Shown: positions 36,443 to 48,815, counted from the first letter of the whole stretch. The stretch: 63,558 nucleotides of DNA, filler included, from Globobulimina sp. (GCA_003354225.1; 30 parts of 30 records of this genome joined end to end with filler, not necessarily neighbours in it), one strand, 5' to 3'. Numbers and translations are program-made. Notes: generated by a model not told the origin, from the letters alone.

Positions 36443-37375
36443 GTGGTCCTTGAGTACCATGCAGCATTAATATGTTCAGATGATTTTTTAAGTCACATCT
36501 ATCAATGGTTACCATTCAATGAATTAGTAGACAGATATTTAAATCCTGAAAATATTCGTTTTATGAAAGTGGCAGAGTCTGTGCTGAAACAAAGAGATTT
36601 AGGAACTGCAAATAATACAATACCAATACACTCAGACGATTATGCAAGATTAATCAATGCATTTATGAGCCAAGGAAAAGAAAAAGAAAATGGTACAATT
36701 GCACGCTCCGCAAAAAGTTCAAATTTTGATCAGAATTTCAAAAAACAAATAAAAACAACATATTCAAACATGATCAGTTCAATGATTAATAGAGAAACAA
36801 TAAAATTTTATGATCGGTACGGTGGGGATTTAGAAATAATATTAAACAACAAAACGTATTTAAATCAAGAGGTGTTGCAATATTTGGAAATTGCTGACCA
36901 TACATTTAAAATTCCAGCGTTCGCTGATGTTGATTTAGAAGATAATAATTTAGATTCATTACAAAAGTTTTTATTTGATGGTATTGAAATTTTATCAATT
37001 GCTAATAATAAGTTTACGCGGTTAGATGATGAAACATTTGGTCTGCCATTCGCTGTGGAGGGTGTTGATATTTCTAATAATCCAATTCAAGGAGTTATTG
37101 ATTTCAAGGCATGCAATGCTACTCTTACAATGGCAGAGAACTTTAATATGAAAGGATGTAAATATGTAACAAGACTTGTAAACATACCCAAAACATTACA
37201 ATTTCTTACCATTATTGATTCAGGGATTACATCGCCAAATCAATTAGAATTTGAGAATGGAATGGGATTAACACAAATTACAACCAATCGTAATCAAACA
37301 AAAGAGTGGGAAACGTTTTGCCGTGAAACTGGCTTAATTGCTAAAGCACTCGGTGGCTATGCATATGTCTGTTAA
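36443..37375 (+). CDS. Leucine-rich-repeat protein, apparently lacking its ATG
   Basis: VDLEDNNLDSL, IEILSIANNKFTRL and VEGVDISNNPIQG. Confidence 0.7.
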   Translation: MVLEYHAALICSDDFLSHIYQWLPFNELVDRYLNPENIRFMKVAESVLKQRDLGTANNTIPIHSDDYARLINAFMSQGKEKENGTIARSAKSSNFDQNFKKQIKTTYSNMISSMINRETIKFYDRYGGDLEIILNNKTYLNQEVLQYLEIADHTFKIPAFADVDLEDNNLDSLQKFLFDGIEILSIANNKFTRLDDETFGLPFAVEGVDISNNPIQGVIDFKACNATLTMAENFNMKGCKYVTRLVNIPKTLQFLTIIDSGITSPNQLEFENGMGLTQITTNRNQTKEWETFCRETGLIAKALGGYAYVC

Positions 37376-37686
37376 CAGTCCGTTTGTTGTAATCGAACTT
37401 GTTCTTTACGAGTCTAGTCAGAAAAAAAAGTCCACAAATAAATCCGGTGTCTATGTACACCGATATCACTCTTTGCATTCTGCACTTTTATACTAATTAT
37501 ACGTTGCATTAAACTTGAGATTAAAAACTTGAGATTAAGTCAAATTGCATTATACTTGCTTGAGATTATATAACTCTTTGCATTCTGAAAGTCAATCAAT
37601 AATTGTCAGATATATACTAGCTCACTTCAAGAAAACTTGCATTTTAATTAAAACCATACATTACTAGATTTTACTACTAAGTAGCT

Positions 37687-38110
37687 TCAATCTAAATGTT
37701 GAGACCACAAAATAGTTATACTTTCTGTGGTATTTCTCAATGATATGGCTGGAATCCAACTTCTTCCTTTCATTCCTGAAGCAATTGGTTCCATTTTCTT
37801 TCCATTCCGATATAATGTCAATGTCCCTTTGTCACAGTTAAGTTCAAGTTTTATTTTATCGTTTTCAAGCCATGGCCCAATATGAATACCTTTAGCTGAT
37901 CCCCAATTTTTTCTTCCTCCGTAATCTGTATACAATCTTTGACACGAACCATCCCATGCAACCCAGTAATCTGTTGCATGCATTCCTTGTTCAAGACGCA
38001 CTGCGCCTTCTTTTGCAACATAACCTGAACAAAATGAATATAAATACACATAAAAATGTATCAAATATATAGTGTATATATACCAATATAACGGCATACA
38101 TTCGAAGGTG
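37687..38110 (-). CDS. SPRY/B30.2 domain protein, 3' fragment
   Basis: DKIKLELNCDKGTLTLYRNGK...WIPAISL. Intron 38025-38099. Confidence 0.8.
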
Positions 38111-38210
38111 NNNNNNNNNNNNNNNNNNNNNNNNNNNNNNNNNNNNNNNNNNNNTTAATTAATTAANNNNNNNNNNNNNNNNNNNNNNNNNNNNNNNNNN
38201 NNNNNNNNNN

Positions 38211-39359
38211 TGGGTTTCTAAATGTTTTTTCTTCTCATCTGCGTGTTTGATACTTGCATAGCGGGCATCGGCTAATTGATATTGCAATTTTGCTACACTC
38301 TCTTTGATCACGTTGGAGATTTCGATGGTTTGTTGGTCATCGATGGTCCCTACATTTAAGGCAAGCAATATATCGTTTAATAGTTCTTTCTCATTGGTGC
38401 TTGTGTCTATTTTCTCAAAATCATCGCTTGTTTTGTTATCATCGCTAGGATTACCACCTATCATTTCAAAATCATCGCTGTGTTCCTCGTTTATTTCCTC
38501 AATTAAGCCCTCTAAACCGGTCATTATGACGGTCTTACTCAACTACATTATATCAGTTATATTGCGATTATGCGTGTATAGAGAGTGTGGTTTTTAATAT
38601 AGTTAACTGTGTGGCTCCATGTTCTTAGTCTGTTGGCATCGAATTTGTCTCTCCATTGAAAGAAATCCTTCATAGATATGTATCCTTTGTGATTGCTATC
38701 GATTTCATTAAAAACTAGCGTTACAATTTCATCCGATACTTGCTTATTTTTTATGTCTGCAAAATAGGTTTTCATTTCCTCCAATGACACTTCGCGATCA
38801 TTATTTATATCCAATTGACCAAAATTCAATTTCTTTATGGTCTTAAATAGCCATTTTGGATCCTATTTAGTTATATTTTCAATTTCAGAGTGCAAAGCAG
38901 AAAAGCACTCAAACCACATTGCTGGTGATTTACAGCAACGCTAATTCGCATAAAAAATGTAGAGAGAGATGGGTATGGCTTAACAATTTGTGTAGGTTCT
39001 CGAGGCGGATGCTTTGCTTTGTTACTTAAAAAACTAATCATTGCGGCATTGGTGATGATGCCAGTGCTCTGTTCATCGATTGTATCAAATATTATCTCTA
39101 AAAGTTGTGGTTTAAATGTGCCGTCAAACTGTGCTGCAAAAGACTCCTTTGTCATTGTCGTGTTGGTTTCGTCATTGTTTTTATTTAATTCAAGAACGTT
39201 AAATTTATCGATATTATCATTTATTATTTTTACTATTGATTGCTTAAATATATCTGCATCGGTTTGGGATATTTCTATTAATTCATCTTGTTTAGCATCA
39301 TCGGGCATATCTGTTTCATATTGTTCATCAATGTCTGGTTCGGGACTATCTGTCGCCAT
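38211..39359 (-). CDS. EF-hand calcium-binding protein, multi-exon, 3' truncated
   Basis: IDEQSTGIITNAA, LDINNDREVSLEE and IDSNHKGYISMKDF. Three ORF pieces can be joined by two GT-AG introns (~38864-38934 and ~38543-38605). Confidence 0.8.
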
Positions 39360-39524
39360 ATTTATTATATGCTTGGCGTTTTATATTTAAGTCTTGTCAG
39401 TTGCGATGATCGTTGTTCAGAATTTAAACTTTTCGAAATTTTGCTGTCCCAAAAACTTTAATGGCGGGGGAAAAACTTTAGATTTCGTCTGTCAGCCAAT
39501 TGTTTTGGTTTTTGTACTGTTTCG

Positions 39525-40231
39525 TTGGTGTATGTTATCAATATATTAGTAAATCACTTATTTACAAAGAGTGTATACGTATCAGATCAGATACCACGTA
39601 GAAGAAAAAGAAGATCACCATCACGCGATGATAGTATTTCAGACGAGAATATACCCAAAACAAAACGTATAAAAATTAGCAAACTTGATGTTGATTCAGT
39701 TGATCTAAGCGATGATAACACCATATCAACAACATCTGGTCAGGACAGCCAATCAGATAAAATAACCCCATCGCCGCATTTACCTGCTTCAAATATGATT
39801 GATTTAGGCATTGAATTCCCATCATTACCACAAGTATTAATTAATAATAATAATCCGCAGAATGAAGAGTTGTGCCTAGATAATGAGTTTGATTTTGGCG
39901 GTTTAGACAGTAATACATTCCCTATGATATTTAATTGGAATGAATTAAGGCAAGCTACAAATCCACAACAATTACGAAGCGACGCATTAAGAAAACAGGA
40001 ACGCGGCAAATATGTACGTAGAGACTCATTATCATCCGAACAGGCTGCTGATCGAAGGTAAGATGTACATATATTGTTTTTATACGGAGTGCATATATTA
40101 ATATACAGACGAAGACAGAATCGAGAGTCGGCGCGAAGAACAAGATACAGAGTGAGAAAATATATAACTGTGTTGGAAATGTATTACTCCCATGTACAAA
40201 ATGTAAATAATTTACTAATAAAACAATTAGA
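39525..40231 (+). CDS. bZIP transcription factor, partial; start uncertain
   Basis: Intron 40058-40108 yields RRRRQNRESARRTRYRVRKYITVLE. Confidence 0.85.
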
Positions 40232-40331
40232 NNNNNNNNNNNNNNNNNNNNNNNNNNNNNNNNNNNNNNNNNNNNTTAATTAATTAANNNNNNNNNNNNN
40301 NNNNNNNNNNNNNNNNNNNNNNNNNNNNNNN

Positions 40332-41979
40332 ATTGCACTCCTTCCGTATACGGCGGTGTTTCTGTATTTTCATATGTTTATAATTAAATTGTATGCCGTT
40401 TGTACAAAAGGAAAAGGAAAAAGAAAAAGAAAACCAAACTGAGAGATGCAACGTATTCAAACATTTGCATATTTAAATTGACTTGATTCGTTTTAACATT
40501 TTTCGTAAAATTATTAGTCGCAGTTTTAAATAAATAGTCAAAATTCAATGGTTTATTCAATGGAACCTCTTTTTGTGTTTTTTTAAATGGTATTTGATCC
40601 CAAAATTGCTTCAAAAAATCATTATCGTGCTCATAATACTCAAATTCGCTCAAATCAGTTTCATTGTCATCAGTTTCATTATCAGTGTCATTATCGGACT
40701 GTTTCTTTTCCTCTTTGGCATATCGCGAGAAAAAAGAAGACGATGTCAGTCTTGTTCCAATTCCATTCAATCCATTGAGCGGCGATGATTTATACGATTT
40801 ATACGACACAGACGATGACGACACCAAAATCAAATGTGTTTTGGATTGGTTTAATTGGATGGTGGGCCTCTTATATTTCTTTCTCGTCGTAAATATGAAG
40901 CAGAGTATAATAATTTTGTTGGTTTTTTGGTTAATATGAACTAAATGCATCTCCATTTCATACTGTTTGTTATCGATGGAATGTTGTGCCGGAGTATAAA
41001 AATCAAACTGTTTCAATACATACATTTCGTTTTCGTTATTTAGTAAAAGCTTACATTTGGAATTATTTATATTGATTTGTATCGTATGCCCATTATTTAA
41101 AATGGTGCACCCCGCGATTTTTGAGGGATAGTTAAATTTCAAGGTTTTGTATTCGAATTCCTGCTCAATGCTGGTTTCGCTTTTGTCGCTTTTGTGAGTT
41201 TTGTGACTTTTGCTTGGATCATGAAGCACGGCTTGCGTCTGAATGGGATATGGATTGCTTGAGTTTACTGCATTATTTTCTAACGCTTTATTGATAAAAT
41301 TTAGCCATTTATCGCGTGTACAAACTGATTCTGTGATAAATAATGCTTTTCGTTTCAAGCCAATGATCAAAAACCATGGCTTATTTACTTGTTTTTCAAT
41401 TAAATCGTTTGAAATGGAAATATTACGAACAATGATGCATTTCGGGTCGTGTTTGCTCACTTTTTCGTCATAATAAAATAAATGGTTTATTCCAGAGATA
41501 AATGTGACAAACTTTGCATGCATTTTGTTATATTTTAGTTTATTCACATCATCGCCGTGTACTTTGTATAAAATGTCATTGATTGAATTGCTTTGCTTGG
41601 TTTCGAGTGCTTCACTCTCTAATTTTATTATTTTATACTCCATTTCTTTTAATTCAGTCTCATTTTCTAATATTTGAATATTTTTGTCATCGATGCAGTC
41701 TTTCAGTTCGCCGTTGATATCATTTAATTCTGTATTGATTTCTTTTAATTCACCATTCTCTTTTTTATATTTACCAATCTTTTCAGATGCAAATGTTAAT
41801 ATATTTATTTTGGTTTGTAATGAATTTTTTCGTTTTTCGTCTGCGTCCAGTTTACATTTCTCAGTTTGTGGAATCTCATTTTTTGTATCGAAATTGCTGT
41901 GGCTCTTCTCGGCTATGTGCACATGTTGACTTATATGGGACAAGTCCACTGAATTTGCATTTGACTGACAAACACCCAT
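40332..41979 (-). CDS. N-acylated coiled-coil/PH-like/alpha-carbonic-anhydrase-related fusion, 3' truncated
   Basis: MGVCQS start; PH-like end FITESVCTRDKWLNFINKAL; CA motifs NNGHTIQI and LKQFDFYTPAQHSIDNKQYEMEMHLVH. Intron 40362-40439 gives YVASLKTPPYTEGVQ. Confidence 0.85.
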
Positions 41980-42116
41980 CGTCTACTACACGATTGCATA
42001 CACTCGCGCTAAGGGCTATGATCGCTCTATCAAGAAGAGATAAGTGTTTTTTTTTTTTAGCAAACCACTGAAACCATTATAATAGTTTTTAAATGATGAA
42101 AAAACAAGTTTTTTTG

Positions 42117-42352
42117 TTAGTGAGCAGTGTGAGCTATATTTAGTGTTTTGAATGCAATGTTTTGTCTGCACAACGGACATTGTGTACTGGTTTCGTTATA
42201 TTCCTCAATGCAATGTGTATGGAATCGATGTCCACAAATTAATGTCGATGCTTCATTATCTAACACTCCATCCAGGCAAATCATACAATTCATCACTGAA
42301 TATGACAACGTAGGTTGTTTATCAATCATTACATCTCCAATATGATAGTTTA
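42117..42352 (-). CDS. RING-H2 finger protein, 3' part
   Basis: CMIC..CGHRFHTHC..CPLC. Confidence 0.85.
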
Positions 42353-42452
42353 NNNNNNNNNNNNNNNNNNNNNNNNNNNNNNNNNNNNNNNNNNNNTTAA
42401 TTAATTAANNNNNNNNNNNNNNNNNNNNNNNNNNNNNNNNNNNNNNNNNNNN

Positions 42453-42727
42453 GTTGTATCATTTTGCCAATAACTTCTGCCATCATTCGCCTGGACTGCT
42501 CTCCATTGACTTTGGTTTTTCTTCTTTATCTCGTCAGTATTGACGACAACTACAATGTTTGGGGACTTTGGAGTTGTCGCTGCTTGAATTGGTGGCTCCC
42601 ACTGTGTTTGCTTGGTGATATTATTCTGATAATATATTCTGTCATCGTTTGAAATGCGACACACCCATTCTTCTGGAAGAATAAATGGCTGTGCACTTTG
42701 CATTTCAACAGCATTTAGATCTAACAT
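42453..42727 (-). CDS. Tandem WW-domain protein, 5' fragment
   Basis: LPEEW...DDRIYYQNNITKQTQWEPP, followed by the start of a second WW. Confidence 0.85.
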
Positions 42728-42870
42728 GGGTGTAATAATAATCTCTTTTTTCAACCAAACTTGTAACTAGTCATCTTTTTCTCAGTAATGGAGATGCATT
42801 GAGCTTGAATAATCCTCATATCAAATTAAGAAAAGCAAGTACGTCAAAGTTAACAAGAAACAAACGAAGT

Positions 42871-44473
42871 TTATATTTTTTGTATTGAGTATTTTCCATC
42901 CCCATCACCATTTAAATTGAGAATAACATCATGATACAATTTTATTTTATTATTTGTGTTGTGTGTAATGGTCACCACCGTAATATTCAATGTCGATAAT
43001 TGTTGATAAAACCAATCAATTTTATCTAAACTCAAATTATTAAACGACTCATCAATAAACAATAACTTCGGTTTTTTAATCAATACACGACACAAACAAA
43101 TCAATTGACTTTCCCCATCACTTAAATGGCACCAAAATGTATCCGTTATATGCATCGTATCATTTATATCATCAATATATTGTATCAATTTGCCCAAACC
43201 ACAGTGATTCAACAACTCAATAATTGCTTCATTCTCTATACATTGTTCATTGTAAATATCCGGATACATTAACTGTTGTTTGATGGATAAACCCGGTATC
43301 AAATAACTGCGCGATGGCAAAAAATAAATATCCGCACTCTTATTATTTGAATTTATTTTAATTTTACCCTTGGCACACTTCCATAAACCACAAATCACGC
43401 GGATCAACGCCGACTTTCCCACTCCATTCTCGCCCCAAATCAACACATTCTCTCCCAATTTTATACTAAAATTAAACTTCAGCAACAATAATTTTGCTCT
43501 ATCCGGTGTTTCTATATTCACATTCTCGAATATTATCATTTGTTTCTTCTCATTTATGTCGCCATGCACATTGTTGCCTTGATAGTAATATTCCTCATGT
43601 TCCTCATCCTTATAAATATCAATATTGTACGGCTTATTATGTACCATTTGTTTATTATTATTACTCTCTTCTTCCTCTAACAAGTCATCGAAATCGTTAT
43701 TATCAATAAACATTTGTTGGTTATTATAAATCTTTAATGTTTCATCCAATTTATATTTCAATTTGATAATCCGCGAACTTATACCTTTCAACGTTTCAAA
43801 CTCTTTCAACGACCGCATCAAATCTCGAAACGCCAAACCAATATTCACCAAATCGTGCAAATTATTTAACAAAAACTCCGTCGGTTTTTTCTCATTTTTG
43901 ATCATTGGTAACAACGACACGAAAGACGCTAAAATGCCCAGATAGCGCACCACATAATTTTGCGAAAACTCATATATTAAATCATATATCGATTGGGAGG
44001 ATAACTTATTATACAATAAACAATACGAATCATCCAACATTTTGATCTCCGTCGCAATGCCGCCTAAATAATGGATCTCCTCTACATATTCAATTAAGCG
44101 CTTATTATTATTCAAGAACACAGATTCCTGTTTTAACAAATTGGCCTTCATGAAGCTATGCGAGGGCAATGCCGATCTGGTCCACGCCGATGAGATTACA
44201 AAATAAAACATACATTGACCAAAATAATAAAGGCCCAAACGCTGACTCAATTTATTTGAATATAATGCGACATCAATCAGTGGTTTCACCATAGTTACAA
44301 AACAAACCGCATATTTGCTACTCCATTCATTCATATCTGAACATATTCGATTGTCAATGTCGACAATTTCCTGTTTGCAATGGTATAAATGTGCAATGTT
44401 GTCATGGTTTCCATATTTATTTATGAACTTATTGCACATGAAATATTTGGTTAAATTGTCGCGTAATGACAGG
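42871..44473 (-). CDS. ABCD-family (peroxisomal-type) half transporter, 5' truncated
   Basis: DIDNRICSD, KPLIDV and EEIHYLGG (EAA-like); Walker A GENGVGKS; signature LSDGE; Walker B LLFIDE. Confidence 0.85.
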
Positions 44474-44722
44474 NNNNNNNNNNNNNNNNNNNNNNNNNNN
44501 NNNNNNNNNNNNNNNNNTTAATTAATTAANNNNNNNNNNNNNNNNNNNNNNNNNNNNNNNNNNNNNNNNNNNNGTGTTATACAAGCTGTCAAGTACTACT
44601 AAAAGCATCGGTTGCGTCATCTTTACTAAAACGACTACTGAGCGTTCTTTGTAGTCGTTAATCTGGTATCAAACCAACCTGTATGTGCTTTGGACGTATT
44701 CTTCTGTTCACAATTTACACCT

Positions 44723-46067
44723 TATAAGTTATCACTGTTGCGTCAACTTACCGTTACTAAGACTATCCGTGAAGTAATCATTTTTTACAGATTAAGCATT
44801 GTAATCAGTTCAGTTTAGAAATGCTCAAGATAAAGGTATACCAGGTGAACACATTTTGACAACGTAATAGAAATTTTAATCATATTTTCTAGTATATGTT
44901 CAAAATTTTAATAACTATATAAAAAACATTGTTGCGCCAACTTAACATAATCATCACACAAATATTTATCGTTATAATATTTAGATAACATGCCAGTTAA
45001 ACAACTTTCGATTGATCAAATGGATCCATCTTTACCTCCTAAAGATGGCACCTCCCCATTCCTTGATTCTTCAAATGACATGATATACCTCATATTCAGA
45101 ACAATGTCAAAAGATGGTGAAAAAGGAAAAATGTGCATGGAACTTGTATGTAAAAAGTCAATTACTGATATTTTGTCAGTATGGAAAAATCTACTGCCAG
45201 CTCTGGCGAATTGCTCTCATATTACAATTGTGGAAATTGATTCCAAAGAAACTAACTTGTCGCAGCAAAATGCAATTGAATTCGCTGAACTTTGCTCTTC
45301 TGCCTTTCCGAAAATGAATTCTATGAAATTGTGCCGCTGTGTTCCACCACTGCAGTTTGAGCCCCTTGAATTTATTGCTGCTCTGAATGAAGAAGTTCGA
45401 TCAAATATAATTGATTTCCATGTCTCATTAAATGCCAATGTTGCATCTCATCGACTATGTTTAGCAACCGTGTGTGATTGGTTCCCAAAGTTAAACACTT
45501 TGGGCCACGGTTACGACAATCGATTCCCTACCGCCACAGTTTTGGAGACTATCGGAAATATTTTTGCAAATTATGGTGGTCACAGAAGTACTATGCACAA
45601 TTTCAACTTGTATTTGTGTGCAAATTTCGGTGAAGTTATTGCTAAATTGGCCAAGAAAAAATGGAACAGTGATGATGAACTTGTCGAAATCAAAGCAAAA
45701 AACGCCGTTTGGAAGTGTACCAAGGACAATGTTCAAATTACACTTTTTGATGAAGATGATGATGATTAATTCTGTTAAAATGTACATGTAGGAAAAGTAA
45801 AATAATCTTTGCAGTACTTCCAACAAACAACTATTTAACCGTATAAGTTATCTCCGTTGCGTCAACTTACCGTTACTAAGAAATAATCATTTTTTACAGA
45901 CTAAGCATTGTAATCAGTTCAGTTTAGAAATGCTGAAGATAAAGGTATAGCAAGTGAACACAGTTTGACAAGGGAATAGAAATTTTAATCATATTTTGTA
46001 CTATATTTTCAAAATTTTAATAACTACATAAAAAACATTGTTGCGTCAACATAACAAAATCATCACA
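44723..46067. repeat. Pair of ~230-bp imperfect direct repeats (44723-44958 and 45842-46067)
   Basis: Both run tataagttatc...gttgcgtcaacttaccgttactaaga...aatcatcaca, with scattered substitutions and one ~10-bp indel. Confidence 0.95.
44990..45769 (+). CDS. Intronless hypothetical protein (259 aa)
   Basis: Clean ATG-to-TAA ORF with an acidic tail. No family recognised. Confidence 0.75.
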   Translation: MPVKQLSIDQMDPSLPPKDGTSPFLDSSNDMIYLIFRTMSKDGEKGKMCMELVCKKSITDILSVWKNLLPALANCSHITIVEIDSKETNLSQQNAIEFAELCSSAFPKMNSMKLCRCVPPLQFEPLEFIAALNEEVRSNIIDFHVSLNANVASHRLCLATVCDWFPKLNTLGHGYDNRFPTATVLETIGNIFANYGGHRSTMHNFNLYLCANFGEVIAKLAKKKWNSDDELVEIKAKNAVWKCTKDNVQITLFDEDDDD

Positions 46068-46694
46068 AAACATAACCAATATACCACCCGTTTTAAAATT
46101 TATTTTCCTCTGCCATCTTGCCACTTACAGTTGCCCTGAAATATGCTAAAGATAGAGCGGAACCGGGAGTATACATTACCATAACAAAATATAACTTCTA
46201 TGCGTCCTACGTGCCGATATACATAGTTTTGCAACTTTTACTTACTTCACAAATACCTACCATTTTTGAACGGCTATTTCTCCGCGAATATGCAAGCTCC
46301 GGCTTAACTGAAATATTCAGATGATAGAGCAGAGCCTGGAGTATCCATTAAGCCAATAAAAAAAAAATCCCAACTTGACAGAATCCCAAAACGTCAACTT
46401 GACAGAACCTCCAAGTCGGCGCAAATTCCCAAGAAATTTACGACAACTTATTTTAGGTATGGTAAGTTAGCAGTGTCGGGGTGCCAAAAATGGTACATCT
46501 AACCTGGGGTGGATAGATAAAGAATATAGTAGGTACAATAATAAAAGAATCATACAAATCTAGAAATGAAACACTAAATTACGCATTACAAAAANNNNNN
46601 NNNNNNNNNNNNNNNNNNNNNNNNNNNNNNNNNNNNNNTTAATTAATTAANNNNNNNNNNNNNNNNNNNNNNNNNNNNNNNNNNNNNNNNNNNN

Positions 46695-47109
46695 TCAGTT
46701 TGACGACAAATGGCGGAAAAATAAAGAAACCTTTGTGAGTAAATATGGTACCAAATATCCAGAGATTTTAAGTGAATATTATTTTGTCACAATGAAATAT
46801 AACACAATCTCTGAGATTATTTATCAGTCAAATCCAAAATCATTACATCCAGTGATTGCATACAGGAATAGGTCGAATACAAAGTGTCTGTCGCCAATAA
46901 GTACGCAATCCGATGAACAAACAGTATTCGGTTTCAATGTCAATAAAATATGTGTAATATCACCGCTGTCTCCAATAAAAGAGAAACATAAAAATGCTGC
47001 GAGCTGCAGTTTGTTAAATGTGGAGGAAGAAAAAAATGATGTAAATATTTCAGAGAATTACAATCCATATTTAGAAATAATTCAACATTCGTATGATTCT
47101 GAAAAATAA
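46695..47109 (+). CDS. Hypothetical protein, 3' fragment
   Basis: Open frame from the contig start to TAA at 47109. Confidence 0.5.
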
Positions 47110-47129
47110 AAAAAAAAGTATTTTTCTTA

Positions 47130-47172
47130 TTTCCCTCATTTGAGTCGTTTCCCTCATTTGAGTCGTTTCCCT
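47130..47172. repeat. 18-bp tandem repeat, ~2.4 copies
   Basis: TTTCCCTCATTTGAGTCG x2 + TTTCCCT. Confidence 0.9.
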
Positions 47173-48146
47173 GTGTTGTTTGCATGAAAAAACGTGAATG
47201 ATGATGACATTCAATTTTTGAGTCAGAATCTCGATCGACGCAATTTCTGACAAATTAAATGTTACATGATCTTTATATATCTTTTTTTCATTTCTGCTCT
47301 GTGCATTTTTTGTGATATACAGTGGTTCATCTCTTATTGTCCACATTCTAAATATATACAAAATTGTTCTAAATGGTTATTATTGTTAACTGTACATTTG
47401 TATGCATATTTTTTTATAAGCCGATCATTCGTATTAAACTTGTTATATGTTATTTTTTGTGATATATGCATATTTTTCTTATTTTCCCTCAGAACCATCG
47501 AATATTTTGTTTGTTTCCAACAAACTGCTTTTTTTTTCACTCTATTTTATCTAATTGAGGCCATTAAAACAAAAATAAAAGGCCATTGTCGGTTTTCCAT
47601 GGCATTTTACGCATTGGAGATTAAAGGATTTGCTACTTTGCTATTACAGGGACTAAAACCAAAAAGTTGTAAATCCATAAAGTATTAAATCCATAAATCC
47701 ATAGAGTGATACGACAATGATTACAGAATTGTAGCATTCACTGTCATTAAGATATGGACCGGTGTTTATTTCTTCTCCATATCCATAAGAATAAACTAGA
47801 ATCCATGAACCAAAGTTGCAAACCATAAAGTTTATTTTATTAACTTTAAGGATTTAGGGATTTGATACTCTGCAATCTGTACGTAATACCTTCAAATCTT
47901 AAAGTTTAATTCGACAATGATTGTTGGAAAAATGGGTGCGACAAAAAAACCATCACGGCCTTTTATGTATAAATGAGTACCATGATAAAAAATGAAAATG
48001 TAATAAACTAATTATGTAAATAAAATACATAAACTAAATAGATAATAATAGAGAAAAAAAAATTAAAACGGGAGAAAAAAAAATAATAATAATAAAAAAG
48101 AAATGTAAACATAAGTCACATTGTCACATAAATGATAAAGATGTTT

Positions 48147-48715
48147 TCATAAAATTGCTTCCTTATCATTATCCAAACACTCTTCCTCTGTCTCATCATC
48201 CATGCTATTTTTAATGGAATTAAAAGTATAAAAACCTCTTTTTTTACAGTTATACCAACAACTATACGCCACAATAAACATCACAATCACAGGCATCATC
48301 ATTCCGAAAAAAATATAGGCATATCTTAATACGGTATCATGCGATTCATGAGAATGTACAGAGAATACCTCACTCAAATCTCCCAATACTGCCATAGCAT
48401 TTGCCGGAGAACCACCCAAATCTGTAGCTAATGAAAAATCGCCAGCATAACCAATTTGATCCCAAAATTCACAGAAATTACTGTCTGGCTCCACAAATGT
48501 TGACTTTGCTACAAACTCATCAACACCAGCAATACTCAAAAAATTACCTTTTTTTTTTACTTTCCTTTTATTTCTATATTTTGGCCATACATGATAGCCA
48601 TTGTCATTTGGATTCGATTTTTTTACATAATTCGACCATAACCTTTGCATTTCTTTCCCTATGACAAGGGTATCATTGTCGAATAAATCATGTTCCGTAA
48701 ACATTGGCGCTGTAA
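48147..48715 (-). CDS. Type-B carboxylesterase C-terminus with TM anchor
   Basis: MQRLWSNYVKKSNPN..WPKY..CEFWD, then a hydrophobic helix. Confidence 0.75.
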
Positions 48716-48815
48716 NNNNNNNNNNNNNNNNNNNNNNNNNNNNNNNNNNNNNNNNNNNNTTAATTAATTAANNNNNNNNNNNNNNNNNNNNNNNNNNNNN
48801 NNNNNNNNNNNNNNN

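Noticed and set aside
37468-37590. Short degenerate repeats (CTTGAGATTA, ACTCTTTGCATTCTG)
   Set aside because: Too short and irregular to assign; probably slippage between convergent genes.
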